Shown: positions 49,151-62,730 of the stretch, piece after piece
Position numbering within the stretch: position 1 is the stretch's first letter
Layout of the letters: each line of letters opens with the position of its first letter
Assembly: GCF_006345805.1 (NCBI RefSeq)
Contig: NC_043001.1
Coordinates: 25,668,001-25,732,000, forward strand
Origin: Octopus sinensis
Lineage: Eukaryota
Length of the DNA stretch: 64,000 nt
Direction: 5' to 3'
The notes under the pieces: model-generated
Seen by the model: only the letters and a program-made list of their open reading frames with translations
The model's database searches: none
What the model was told of the DNA's origin: nothing
Translations under genes and position numbers: made by a program

Positions 49151-52100
49151 AAAGTGGAAGTATACAAAAATAAACATTATTTTCCTTCTCTTTTACTTGT
49201 TTCAGTCATTTGACTGTGGCCATGCTGGAGCACTGCCTTTAGTCGAGCAAATCGATCCCAGGACTTATTCTTTGTAAGCCTAGTACTTATTCTAACGGTC
49301 TCTTTTGCCGAACTGCTAAGTTACGGGGACATAAACACACCAGCATCGGTTGTCAAGCGATGTTGGGGGGACAAACACACACACACACATATATATATAT
49401 ACATATATACGACGGGCTTCTTTCAGTTTCCGTCTACCAAATCCACTCACAAGGCTTTGGTTGGCCCGAGGCTATAGTAGAAGACACTTGCCCAAGGTGC
49501 CACGCAGTGGGACTGAACCCGGAACCATGTGGTCTTACTGTTTTGCTTCATTTTGAAAAATAAAAATTTATTTTATGGTTTGTTATTGTTTATATTAATC
49601 TTTTACGGAGGCACTAAAATCTTATAAGTGCTTAGGGCTTCAATGGATCTTAATCCAGCCCTGGTCAGAAGGGAATGCAATTCCAGGAGAAAAGGGCGTA
49701 GTAACATTATTTAGAAGGGCGCACTCCTTTTCTTGGGGGGGGGGACACGTGCCCCTCAACCCCCACCCCCAGTCCGCCCCTGAAGATGAATATCTAATAA
49801 GTTTACTTTTAAAGAAGATTACCAATTTATGAAAGTAAATAGACAATGGCAATAATAAGTCAGAGAGGGCAAGAAAACTCTTATATTACCACTGCAACAA
49901 GGACACTCATTTTGTTCTCAAAATACTTTAACCCTTTAGTGTTCAGCTTAATCTGTTAAATGTAATACTTTTTTCACTCAAATTATTTTCAATTAATCAT
50001 ACATTATCTTACAGCTTTGAAGTTTCGATGGTGTGATAGTTTATTCTTAGAATGTCAATGTAAGTTAGGAGTGAGGGGCTAGATATGGCCAGTTTCAATG
50101 TAAAGCATGTAGGATATTTGGGCCGGATATGGCTGGCTAAACACCAAAGGGTTAAGACAACCATTACTACAGATGAACATAAGTCTGCATGACATTAGGA
50201 AGAGACCTTGAGCTAGAGGTAAACGCCTCATATAAGACATCATTGTTATGGATTCTTTTGTCTCATTACATATCATAGATCAGTGACAGGAGACCTTTTT
50301 TCCAGAAGCCATACACATGAGACATAGCTCATCATTAAGCAGGCCATGCCACTAAAAGATTCAAAGTAAGGCTTTTGTTAGGCATGCCATTCAGAATGTT
50401 CCGCAGGTTGCAGGTCGCTTATGAATGTTCTAGATGCTGTGGTAGAGATGGGAGCTAGTATGTTAGCAGATAAACGGAATAAAATCCTAAAATACTGTAG
50501 TTTGATGGCAATTTATATTTTTCCGGTATAGTATTAAAGACGTTCTGGGGTGTCAGGTTGCTGACAAAGAAGATTTTGTCATCGTTTATTTCTCCTCTTG
50601 GATCCTAAAGTACGAAGTGATACTCCTGAGGCCTGCTTAGCCCTTCCAGTACCTCAATCTCGCAATCTCCCGCTGTAATGCCGTATTTTGGATTACTTTA
50701 AAATTTTTGAGGGAAATATCAGTATTCTTCGTTGCTGTATGTATTTAAGAGAGTATGTTTGAGGAACATTTTATGGTGGAAATAACCTAAACGAAGGTGT
50801 TCCTCAGAAAATATGCAAGATATGAATGGAGGTATAGTTAATGTAGATGCGAGTAAATATTTCTTTGAAGACGGTCCACAAGTACCACATTGGCTGCTTT
50901 GTAATATGTAACCGGCATTCTGCTGCGCACTAGTTTACTTGGGTAAACACCTGCTTTTAACAAAGTAAATACTTCCACTTTCATAAGACCCGGAAATGTG
51001 GTACCATTCAGTCACAGAATTCCCAGCGTCAGTGGACATGTCGGTGATCGCGGAGTCCACTAGATTGGATAGCAGTGATGGCTAATGCCCAGGTACGAAG
51101 TCCTGTTTTCCGTGCGCCTAGGGTCGCTAGATGGTTCGAAAGGCTACCACTATCATCGATACATATATCAATGACAGCGGCTTCCCAGATTCTATCTCGG
51201 AGACTGCGATTCACCTATCTAGTGCAGCGACGAGGTTACAGAAAGGCAAGTGTCGCATATTTGTGCCACCACCAGGCACATATATACCTTTGGATCGGAG
51301 TCGGTGACAATGGAAACCTCTTGTATCGCCAGTAAACCGACGACGATGTCCGCCAACGCAATCGGGGAAAAGATAGCTGAAGTCTCTACTTCATTGCAGT
51401 GATAGCGAATTGGTTTGGCAATTGCTCATTATAATGCTGTCTGTACGTAGCTAGACAGAGAGAAAGAATAAAAAAGAAAAAAAATAGAGCCACCATAGCA
51501 GCTACTTGCTGCTGTCACGTAAACCAATTCCTTTCAACGGAGGCTTTTAATAATTCAGGACGGAGATAGCCGATGTTTAACGGAAATTGCCGATTTTCAT
51601 TTAACGTCATTCTTTTACTTCAATGAAAAGCGCTTCCTGTGTTGACCTTTTTGGTATGTGTCGAATTAACTTTTACTTTTAATATGTTCATACTTCTTAA
51701 AATTGTACCCAATTTATCTTTTTTGATGCATCTTCATTCATTCTATTATTTTATACACCGTTCTTAACTTTGTGCTGTTTATAATTCCATTTTTTTAACG
51801 TTTGTTCGGCGATGTCTTGATGCCGATTACGATTATGTTTAACCCACCCATATTTATTTGCCTTTTTAAACACGTATTTTGTCAAAACTCTTAATTTCAA
51901 ATGCATAAAACAATTCATTAAAAGCCAAAAAGATCAATAGCGTATAATATGGTAATAATTCTTACTATGACATAACTTAACCTTTTTATTACGATAGTAT
52001 TCACTCCTTTTATGTAATGTCTTAAATCAGCTGGATTTTGACATTCAAACATCCTCTACTTTTGACGTGGGCATTTTCCTCCTTATATTCTTTTTCTTTT

Positions 52101-53030
52101 TAAATTGTCTTTAAATCGTAAGACAAAATAATTATTGAAATGACTAATTGTTTTACATTATGTATACAATTTCAATCAATGATGGGATTCCGCCAATGTC
52201 TGAATTCATGTATCGTCCCCCCCCCCGCCCGCTTTTAAATTAATAGACACATGTCTAACAGTTCTCGTCAATTCAAATAACAAAGAAAAATACAGTAAAA
52301 AAATTACATTAAGTGTGAAGTTTATACATTTATAACAAGTATATAGATCAGTGGTTTCCAATGTTTAAATGGTATCATTACTCTATCTCCCAACGCTGAG
52401 GATAAGTGACTCCCTTATTTTATTCTAACAGAGAAAATGTGAATTCCAGAGCAAAATATGGGTTCGCACTAAGTGTATCTCTCCCTCAAAATTCACTCCT
52501 CCGATTTTAGAATATGGACTTTGATATTTTTGTCAATTGTTATTTAAATCTAAAATCCTGCGACATCCTTAGTTACTGAAGGCTATACAGAACTCCAGGG
52601 CGTCGTCGCACACTAGTTGGTAACCACTAATGTAAAGTATATATATATGGTTTGATGGAGTTTATTCAGTAAGTGCTTTTTTTTCTTTTGTTTTTGTTGG
52701 CGAGGAAGATAACAAGGACCATTTGATCGGATCTTTGTTAGCTTGCTGTTGTGAATTCAAACCTGTACTGAAATGTGATAAAATGATTACAAGTAATGTT
52801 CTGGGGATCAGTTTAATTGTTTATACTCTTCCTGTACACTCCGGTATATTTTAAGTTTGCTTTCTACATGGTGTGTGTGTGTATATATATATATATATAA
52901 GATAGATTCACACACATTAGATAGATACAAACACACACATTAATTAGTTATATACACACACACTCACACACAAATACACACACAAACACAAAAGTAGAAA
53001 GCAAGCTATAAGTTTGCTTTCTAGATGTGC

Positions 53031-53068
<38 letters not shown>

Positions 53069-53219
53069 TTTATTTAAAGCAGCAGAAAATTCATCAAAAC
53101 CTGTTATTCTGAGTTGAATTTTCTGCTGCTTTAAATAAAGCATATTACTCTACCACTGGTATTTGAGTACTCTTTTTTCCACCTTGTTTCACATTTATGT
53201 GTTTACTCCGGTATATATA

Positions 53220-53270
<51 letters not shown>

Positions 53271-54329
53271 TAAACACACACATTAATTAGTTATATACAC
53301 ACATACTCACACACATACACACACACACAAAAGCAGAAGGCAAGCTATTATGCCATGACCAAATCAGAATTGTTAGAGCTATTTGTTAAAGCTCTCAACA
53401 GAATCTGCAGTTTCGTGAATGATGCATCACAAGAATCCATCCTCTTAATCACTCCTTTCAACCTACACCTATACAACTTTTACACACCTTTACAAAAGGT
53501 GTGTAAGTACAGACAGTCTCATGTGCAAAAAAAAATGACATCACACTCACACCCTCCTGCTATTCTCCACATATTGCCACACAACTACTCCAACCTACTT
53601 TAATCACCAAGAAATCTGACTCCCATCTACCAAAATCACTATCCCATCCCTTATGAGCAACACCAAAGAACATCTGATATAGCCAACTCACATACACAGT
53701 ATAAACATACCACACACACTCACACAGATGGATGACAAAAGTATGAGGTGTTACACCCAACTCCTCTACATCATTCACTCTCTCTCTATCTGCTCAGTCG
53801 AAGTCGACTCTCGGTCACTCGTTGGATCAGTGTCCTCCAGTCATTAGAATTCTTAAACTTTTGATCCATAGAGTATGTTGGCCAGGATACTGGGATAGGT
53901 GGCCAGGTCTTTCCCCAGGCCAGAGCCGTTTAGCCAGCATACTTGACATTAAAAAAGCAAAATGAAGCATATATATTTTAGAGTAACTTGTGCATCCGAT
54001 TTAGCCAACAGAAACAAACATTAACAATGGTGTGTAAACAGTACATTAGCTCTATCACAGACTTTGTCAGTCCTACTGGGCCCCAACTCTCTGTAGAGCA
54101 AAGTGCAATAATCTACAAAAAATATACACTATGTATCAGAATTGGTTGTACATAAGCCATGTATGCAATAGAACAAAAATTTTTAAATAATGGAAAACCA
54201 TCTGGATGTGTGAGTGACAGTTTGTTGCTGCTCTAGACTTCAATCCACTCAGTGCCAGCCTTTACATAGAAAATCACTTCTAAGCACCCAAATACTTATA
54301 CAACACCATAGAGCACAAATCAAATTCTA

Positions 54330-54785
54330 TGACTGGCATCCATGCTAGCGAAGTGTTTAGAGCACCATCCGAATGTGATCGTTGCCAGAGCAACAAACTG
54401 GCTTCCATGCCGGGGCACGCAAAAAGCACCATTCAAGCGTGATCGTTACCGGTGTTGCCTTACTGGCACTTGTGCTGGTGACATGTGAAAAAACATTCGA
54501 GCGAGGTCGTTGCCAGTGCTGCTGGACTGGATCCTGTGCAGGTGGCACATAAAAAGCACCATTTGAGCATGGCTGTTGCCAGTACCGCCTGACTGGCCCT
54601 TGTGCCGGTGGCACGTAAAAGCACCCACTACACTCTCGGAGTGGTTGGCATTAGGAAGTGCATCCAGCTGTAGAAACTCTGCCAGATCAAGATTGGAACC
54701 TGGTGCAACCATCTGGTTTGCCAGTCCTCAGTCAAATCATCTAACCCATGCTAGCATGGAAAGCAGACGTTAAACGATGATGATG
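54330..54785 (+). mobile_element. RTE-type 3' tail with expanded stem-loop units
   Basis: Tail motif and (ATG)n end. A second copy lies at about 55170-55648 (+) and another at about 61080-61265 (-). Confidence 0.8.
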
Positions 54786-55654
54786 AATATGAGAGTACAA
54801 GTACAACTTCCTCAAAATATTATTTCTCCCACTCAGTCCAAACAAAAATAAATGCATACATACAGAAATAGCAACAGCATCAAATCCTCACTGGCCTAAA
54901 ACAAATATTGGGTGCAAAGGACACCAATTGTTACATTCTGGGCATCACTAGAATCTATGGGTGTTCAGGAATAGACTGGGTGGGGAAGTGAGTGCAAAAT
55001 GTCTAGACTGTCATTGCTGCATTTTGAGACCAAGACATGGTATAAATGGAAAGATCTGGGGATTGTATGTCATTCAGCTGATTGCCTGCATGCAATAGAA
55101 CTGCTTGATCAAAGCTGGTATCTATTAATTTCGCTAAGAGAATTATGAACCGACTCTGAATAGCTATGCTTGAAAATAGCAATCAATGGAAATTGTAGTT
55201 GTGATACCTGTGTCAGTGCCAGTGGCACGTAAACTGCACCATCCGTACATGGCCAATGCCAACGCCACCTTGACTGGCTTCCTTGCCGGTGGCACATAAA
55301 AAGCACCAACTGTTTGTGGCCGTTGCCAGCCTCCCCTGGCACCTAAAATGTACCATCCATACATGGCCGATGCCAGCGCCGCCTTGACTGGCTTCCATGC
55401 CGGTGGCACGTAAAAAGCACCAACCAATCGTGGCCGTTGCCAGCCTCCACTGGCACCTGTGCCAATGGCACGTAAAAAGCACCCTCTACACTCATGGAGA
55501 GGTTGGCGTTAAGAAGGGCATCCAGCTGTAGAAATACTGCCAGATCAGACTGCAGCCTGGTGCAGCCTCCTGGGTTCCCAGACCCCGGTCGAACCGTCCA
55601 ACCCATGCTAGCCTGGAAAACGGACATTAAACGATGATGATGATGAATTACAAT

Positions 55655-56125
55655 GGATGTTTTGCATACTACACAAAATGGGTATCTTTCTTCTTTTTGT
55701 AAAATAAGCTGTTGATGAAAATTTCCTTCTATCTGAGGATGCTGTAAAGTATATCAGTCCCATTTAAAAATTATACTGAATGGGCGGCTAATGATGATTT
55801 GTTTTAACTTAAGAAACAGATGCTCATGATGAAACTATTGCTGCAACATTATCATATGATGGTAGACTTGTGGCATTTTTATGAAGGTCCTTAAATAAAA
55901 CTGCAAAGAAAAACTCTTGTGACATTGAAAATGAAACCTTTGCGGTTATAGAAGCTGTGACAAAATAGATAAATTTCTCCTCAAAACATTTGAATTTAGC
56001 GACAGATCAAAAGTCTGTTTCATTTATGCATGACAAGAAAAATTGCAAAATTTTTTAAATGCTAAAATCCTAAGCTGAAGAATCAAACTCCCCTCTTAGA
56101 GTATAAACTATATATCTGGTTCTGA
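55655..56125 (+). mobile_element. Decayed Ty3/Gypsy RT-RNase H relic
   Basis: Pieces translate to MFAYYTKW, ETIAATLSYDGRLVAF, DIENETFAVIEAVTK, LATDQKSVSFM and INYISGSEN, collinear with the Gypsy RNase H motifs. Confidence 0.6.
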
Positions 56126-56211
56126 GAATCAGTAGATCATTTGTTTTGTACTTGTGTTACTACTTCTACAATAAATTTAGAATTACAAAGTCCCTAGTAC
56201 ACACCGAACTT

Positions 56212-56578
56212 TATTGCCTCCACCTTAGCGAAGGCAGAGGTATTGTTTTCAATCATGTTTGTTCGTCTGTGAACAAGATATCTCAAGAACCACTGGATGG
56301 ATTTGGATGAAACTTTCAGGGATGTTTGGCCTTGTAACCGGCACAAACTGATTAGATTTTGGGATCAATCCAGTGCCAAACAAGGATTCTGGATTATTTT
56401 TCCGTTTTTTTTTTACTTAATTTTTGAGAGTAGTCGGGTTCATTTTTAGTATTCTTGTTTGCGAGAACAGTCGAGTTTATTTCAGATATTCTCATTTCAA
56501 AAATCATCTTCAGCTAATCGTTGAGAGGACATTGGTGTTGCCTTGGTGGAGGCTTACACTCTCCAAGTGCTCTTGTTC
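56212..56578. mobile_element. Helentron/DINE-like non-autonomous element
   Basis: Subterminal inverted repeats GCCTCCACC...AAGGC and GCCTTGGTGGAGGC, plus a 3' small hairpin ACACTCTCCAAGTGC, in a T-rich insertion context. Confidence 0.5.
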
Positions 56579-59500
56579 CTGTTAATACACCTCAACTTAC
56601 ATCTGATAGCCCTAACCCTATTGTGAAGAATCCCAAATGTGTGCCACTTTGTAGATCAATGCAAATTTTAAACTGATTGAATGGTTAAATTTATGACTTC
56701 TGTTTTTAATAAACTGAAATTATAATATTTTATAATTGATAACCAATGTGAATTTGGAAACTGAAAAGTCTAATATTGTGATTATTTAGAGTAAAAATAA
56801 ATAAATAAGTTACCTTTTACTTGTTTCAGTCATTAGACTGGCCATGTTGGGACACAACCGTGTAGAAGTTTAGTTGAACAAACTAACACCAGTTTTTCTC
56901 TTTTTTCTTTTACTGAACCACAAAGTTATGGGGACATAAACACACCCAACACCAGTTGTCAAATAGTGTCAAATTGTTAAATACAGACACAAAAAAAACA
57001 CACAGTGGGCTGCTTTCAGTTTCTCTCTACCAAATCCACTCACAAGTGGTCAGCATGAGGTTATAACAGAAGACACTTGTGCAAGGTCCCATGTGGTTAG
57101 GAAAAAAACTTCCTACCACACAGCCATGCCTTCTTCCATTCACTTTTCCATGATTGTATGGAACAGAGAGAATTGGTTGAGGCAGATTTTTCTATAGCCA
57201 GGTGCCCTTCTTGTCACCAACTCTCAGCTGTTTGCAAGGAAGGTAATATTTCCTCGAGGTCTGACATGTTTTTCACAGAAGACTGGAAATAAATGTTGCT
57301 CATTTACAACCATTGTGTGATGTCTGGGTAAGGATATGCATAGGTGCACATTCACACGTATATCATCATTATCATTTAACCTCCATGTTCCATGCTGGTT
57401 TAGGTTGAATGGTTTGACCTTATCTAATGTGTCTAAGGACTGCATCAAGCTCTGATGTCTACATTTGCACAGTTTATATACATATATATATCTATTTCTT
57501 TATTGCCCACAAGGGGCTAAACATAGAGGGGACAAACAAGGACAGACAAAGGGATTAAGTCGATTACATCGATCCCAGTGCTCAACTGGTACTTTATTTA
57601 TCGACCCCGAAAGGATGAAACGCAAAGTCGACCTCGGCGAAATTTGAACCTAGGACGTAACGACAGATGAAATACCGATAAGCATTTCGCTATTTAATGT
57701 CTGTTTTCCATGCTAGCATGGGTTGGATGGTTTGACAGGAGCCGGCCAGCTGAAGATCTGCCCAGGCTCCATGTCTGTTTTGGTGTAGTTTCTGCGGCTG
57801 GATGTCCTTCCTAATAATGCCAACTGCTTTACAGAGTCTACTTTGGTTGCTTTTACACAACACTGGCACAAGTGCACTTATGTGGCACTGGTATGGGTGC
57901 TTTTAATGTTCAGTTACCATCTTCCAAATCCACTCACAAGGCTTTGGTGAGCCAGGGCCTGTAGCAGATGACACTTGCGCAAGGTGCTGCACAGTGGAAC
58001 TGAAACCGAGACCATGTAGTTGGGAAGTAAGCTTCTTAACCGCACAGCCATGTCAGTGCCCATAGAAAGGCTTGCAACAGTGTCTAGTAAAGATCAAACT
58101 TGTAACCTCTGGTTTGCAAGACCACTGCGCTAACTACTGTAATGCACTTGATAAATTATGATAAAATGAGAAAATTATCTACTTAGCTCTGAAAACTGTT
58201 AATTTTCTTTGTTACTTTATCAGCTATAGCTAGTGACATCTCTTAAATTAATTAATAGATGATATCTGGAACTTTCTTTATCCCAACAAGGAAAATCTTA
58301 ATTTGTTTTGAAAATCCTTTCACCTATACAATTGTCTTTCTTAAAAAGTTTTACTTCCTTTTCTCTATATTGTAATGGAAAGGTGAGAAATGTTGCATCA
58401 TTGTAAATTTAGATATTTATATACCATTAGATATATAGTTTTTTTTTACTATTTTTAACTGCTAACTTGGACATGTCATGTTGTCGGGTTAGGTTGTGTA
58501 CAGTAACATTGTACACTCTTTGTTTACTTGTCAAGTGTAACGTACACAATAGCTTATATATTCATCATCATTATCATCATCATATTATGACCTTGAATTA
58601 AATAGTTCATCTTGGCAAAGGAATTCCCAATAGTAATGGTTATTTATTTGGTATAGTTGTCAAAGAAAGTAAATTTGTTGGCCATTTCAAGAAATTCGGC
58701 TTATATTAGAAGTATTTTACACAGTAAAATATCTAGTAAATTTGGTAAATTATGTTGTCAGTGAGCAATTTGTAGGCAATGGTAAGTAGGCTGATGCCTT
58801 TGGTTTTTTTAAGAAGTTTCTTGACCCTTTTTTTTTGTAGGTAGTTATATGATTGATCATTGCTATTTTGAGTGCATGTTTTGTTCGAGAAGTGAGAGTT
58901 AATGTTCATATCTGCTTCTTATGGCTACTCAAGTGATATATTCTACTCTGTTTCTAGCAATCCAGTCTGTTGATGCAAATCAAAACAATCTTTTAAGGAG
59001 CTGTAGCCTTCTTTCTTGTTTTCTCCTTCTTTGTTTTATTATCACTCTTTAAAAAAAGGCTTCTTATTCAAATAGCTTACCAGAGATCATTAGAGGTCAT
59101 TACAATGTCAGATCAAGATCTTTGTATTTTAGTGGGAAAAGGGATTAAATTAGCAGGAGCATTTTCAGTATCTTGCTGTCTCTCTTTAATGGCTTGGCTG
59201 TTTTCTCTAATTTCATATTCTTTAATTGCATTTTACCATAGTAGACTGGCAGTTTTGAAGTTTGTTCAGGCTGGGTAATGTGCCATTGGTAGGGATGAGC
59301 TTCAGTAGTCTGGCAGTTTTGTTTGCACATATGAAGATCCCATGAGGGTAGGGCAGGGAATAGAGCTTAAAGCAAGCTGGTCTATTTATTGGAAGAGGAG
59401 TAGTAGTGAGTTTAAGGTTGACTAACAGATTGTAGTAATTGGAGTAATGGTTGTTGGTCACAATAGTTGGAGTGATGGCAGTTGTGGGTTGTAATTGGAG

Positions 59501-60273
59501 TAATGGCAGTTAATCATACATGGGAAGTTTAGAAAAGTGGGACAAGAGTGTGAGAATTCTCTGTCTAGTAATCTGACTTGTTTGCTAACTTGGGCAAGGA
59601 GGAATGAATGCATATAATAATAGCCACAGCAGGAATACCAGTAATAACAAGCTTATCTATTCAGTTTAAGTTTTGTATTGTAAACTTTGACATTCAGCAT
59701 AAACTATTTTCTCTCATTGGGAAAGTGACTGTATGATCTTTTACAGGGTCTACAAGACTGGTGGTAGGGAGAGAAAAGGGTCTTTTCCAACAGAGTGGAC
59801 TCTGCTAAAGGCACCCAAGGTGCCAGGTGGTGGTTTTAAACTGGGTAATGGATTAGGTTTATCACCTATGTAGGCCTCAGCAGGATTTGAACTCAGAATG
59901 CAAAGAGCAAGAAAAAATACTGTCAAGAATCCAGTCTGACATTCTTACAGTCCCATTACTCCACTGTCCTGCTTTGGTATATTATTTTATCAGTCCTGAA
60001 AGGGTGAATGGTAAAAATGACTTTGGTGAGATTTGAACTTCAAGTGCTGAGAGTTAGAACAAATGCCACAAAGCGTTCTATCTGACACTGATTACTATGC
60101 CAGTCTGTCACCAGTATGTATGATATTGAACAAAGAATTGCATTTGTCCTACCTTGGGTTAATTAAAAATATAAATAATTATTCCAGCTATGTTAAGTGG
60201 CAAATCAAAATTATATACTTAACATGACGGGTACATTTGTCAGTTTTTAAAATTTGTTTTTGCTATTTTGGTT

Positions 60274-60429
60274 GGGTTACTCATCATCATCATCATCATC
60301 ATTTAACGTCCGTTGTCCATGCTGGCATGGGTTGGACGGTTTTTTCAGCATGCCAGCCTGGTCAAACCATTCTATCCATGTCAGCATGGACAATGGACAT
60401 TAAATGATGATGATGATAATGAGTAACCC
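60274..60429. repeat. Palindrome of two RTE tail tips (about 67-bp arms)
   Basis: GGGTTACTCAT(CAT)n TTAACGTCC...GGTTT is mirrored by AAACC...GGACATTAA(ATG)n ATGAGTAACCC. Confidence 0.85.
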
Positions 60430-62445
60430 ATAAAAAAAGAAACTATATCAGGCATTAGTTTTTCAATTATTTATCCTATTTTTTTTTATTCTACTCGTAC
60501 CAATGCCAGATTATATTACTAGTATTTTGAAGAAAGACTAAATCAAACATGCCACATCACCAGTTATATAATATAGATGGCATTTGGATTTTCACCATCC
60601 CATCTATTCAAAGGAAGCCTGGCAGTTGAGATATGAAATGATACTCTCTGACCAAGTTGCTTTTGTGAGTACTGGTGTTTAGAATAGGTACACGCTGTCC
60701 CTATTGTTGTAAGAAGTAACTAAAAATAAAGGCATCAGGAAAGATATCCTGTTACAAAACACCACCTCAAAAAATCCCATCTAACTCATACTAGCATGAA
60801 AAAGCAGAAGTAAAAAAAACAACCCAACAATGATAATATCCTCCACGCTATATTAAATGATTTAATTTGTTTTCACTTATGTAAAATTGGGTGTGTTTAC
60901 TTCTTTAACTTTTCTGTGTTTACTTTTCAGTTTTTTCTCATGCTCTGACCTAAAATTAAGTCATGGGTTTTGAGAAAGGAAAAAAAGTTCTGTAGGATAA
61001 AGTAGGTTAAATTGTTTGCGTGTCATATAATCTCTACATGAATAGGTTTAAGCATAAGAAACAGTTTTAATGCTATTTTCTCATCATCATTATCGTTTAA
61101 CGTCCATTTTCCATGCTGGCATGGGTTGGATGGTTTGACTGAGGTCTGGAAAACCAGCAGCTGCACCAGGCTCCAGTCTGATCTGGCAATGTTTCTACAG
61201 CTGGATGCCCTTCCTAATGCCAACCACTCTGAGAGTATAGTGGGTGCTTTTTACGTGCCACTAGCACTCTCTTTGCATTTTACCAAACATATATTTAATA
61301 AATTACTTGAGCATAAGGCTAGGTAGGCATGCTTTATAAAGAAGTTCAGTTATTAAACACAAGGTTACAGGTTCAATCTCACTATGCTGCATCTTGGGCA
61401 AGTGTCTTCTAGTATGGTCCCAAGCTGACCAGTGTGATAGACAGAAAGTGAAAAAACTCTGTGTGTGATCGTCATCATTATTGTCATCACTGGACGGTTT
61501 GACAGGATTCGATAGGTCTGGGTACTGCATTATGTTCCATTGTCTACTTTGGCGTGATTTCTACATGTAGATGTCCTTCTTAATACCAATCAATTTACAG
61601 AGAGTACTGGGTGCTATCTTTTCATGACATTAACACTAGTGAAGTTGTTGTGCAGGCTGCAAGACCAAGATCCCCTTTGTCTGAATAGGGCTACAGTAAA
61701 GAGAGGTGGGTTTATTCTGGGATATAAGAGGTTAAGCTTTGAAAGATGGGACCAGAACAGATCTATGAAAGATGGGACTTGTCAAAGAGGAACTACATGT
61801 TTGCTCATGTTTATAGAAGAGTCAATAGGAGTAACTGAAGGGGATTTGGAAAAGGAGTTAGAATAGTAAGAGTGAAGTGTCTTGAGGATTCTTCAAGGTA
61901 CAAAGTGAATAGAAGTAAGCACAGAAGAACAGGAGTGTGTGTAGATAGAGACAGCAAGAATGCATGGAGAGAGTGAAGGTTATTTAGATTTGGGGAATAG
62001 CTGACAGGGTAAATATAATGAATATAGTTATCATTGTCATTTAACATTTACTTATCCATGCTTCCATGGATCAGATGGAATTTGTTAAGGTAGATTTTCT
62101 ATGGCTGGATGTCTTTCTGTTGCCAACCCATCACCTGTATTCAAGAAAATAATATTTTTTTTTTAGCTAGACATGTTTTTCAAGGAAAACTGGAAAGAAA
62201 TAATCTCACTTGTATCATGATGATGATGCTCATTTTTAACTATCACTTGATGTCTAGACAAGGGTACACATAAACACATGCACATACACAGAGTTTCTGC
62301 ATACCAAATGCACTCACAAAGCTCACGTCTGCCTGGGGCTATAGTTGAAGACATTTGCACAATGTGCTACACAGTGGGACTGAACCCAAACTACATTGTT
62401 GGGAAGCTTATTAACCACACAGCCATGACTGTACCTCTCTCTCTC

Positions 62446-62511
<66 letters not shown>

Positions 62512-62687
62512 AAATAATAAATATTAGGGAATAATCCAAATTTACAGGGAAAAAATCAGATTTAGGATTAAATCGATTTTATAGTAAAAATTATAAAATA
62601 TTATTCGAGACCAAACACACTATTTTGCAAAACAAAAAGGAAAGACTTAATTAATACATAAAATTTTAATAAATAGTCAAAAAAACG

Positions 62688-62730
62688 CCACTACAATCGT
62701 TTCTTGTCTTGATCGACAATCTTCAGGTGG
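62688..62730 (-). ncRNA. Minimal type I hammerhead ribozyme core
   Basis: The minus strand reads CCAC-CTGAAGA-TTGTC-GATCAA-GACAA-GAAAC-GATT-GTA-GTGG. Confidence 0.7.

Noticed and set aside
55190-55480. CRISPR-like repeat-spacer pattern
   Set aside because: Eukaryotic context, degenerate repeats, mutually related spacers, no cas genes; it is part of the RTE tail.
57-62517. Numerous 60-120 aa ORFs of the MLFMCHRH, LAxFLQLDALPNANHS and MLGGQTHTH types
   Set aside because: They are recurrent translations of SINE and RTE tail sequence or microsatellites, not genes.
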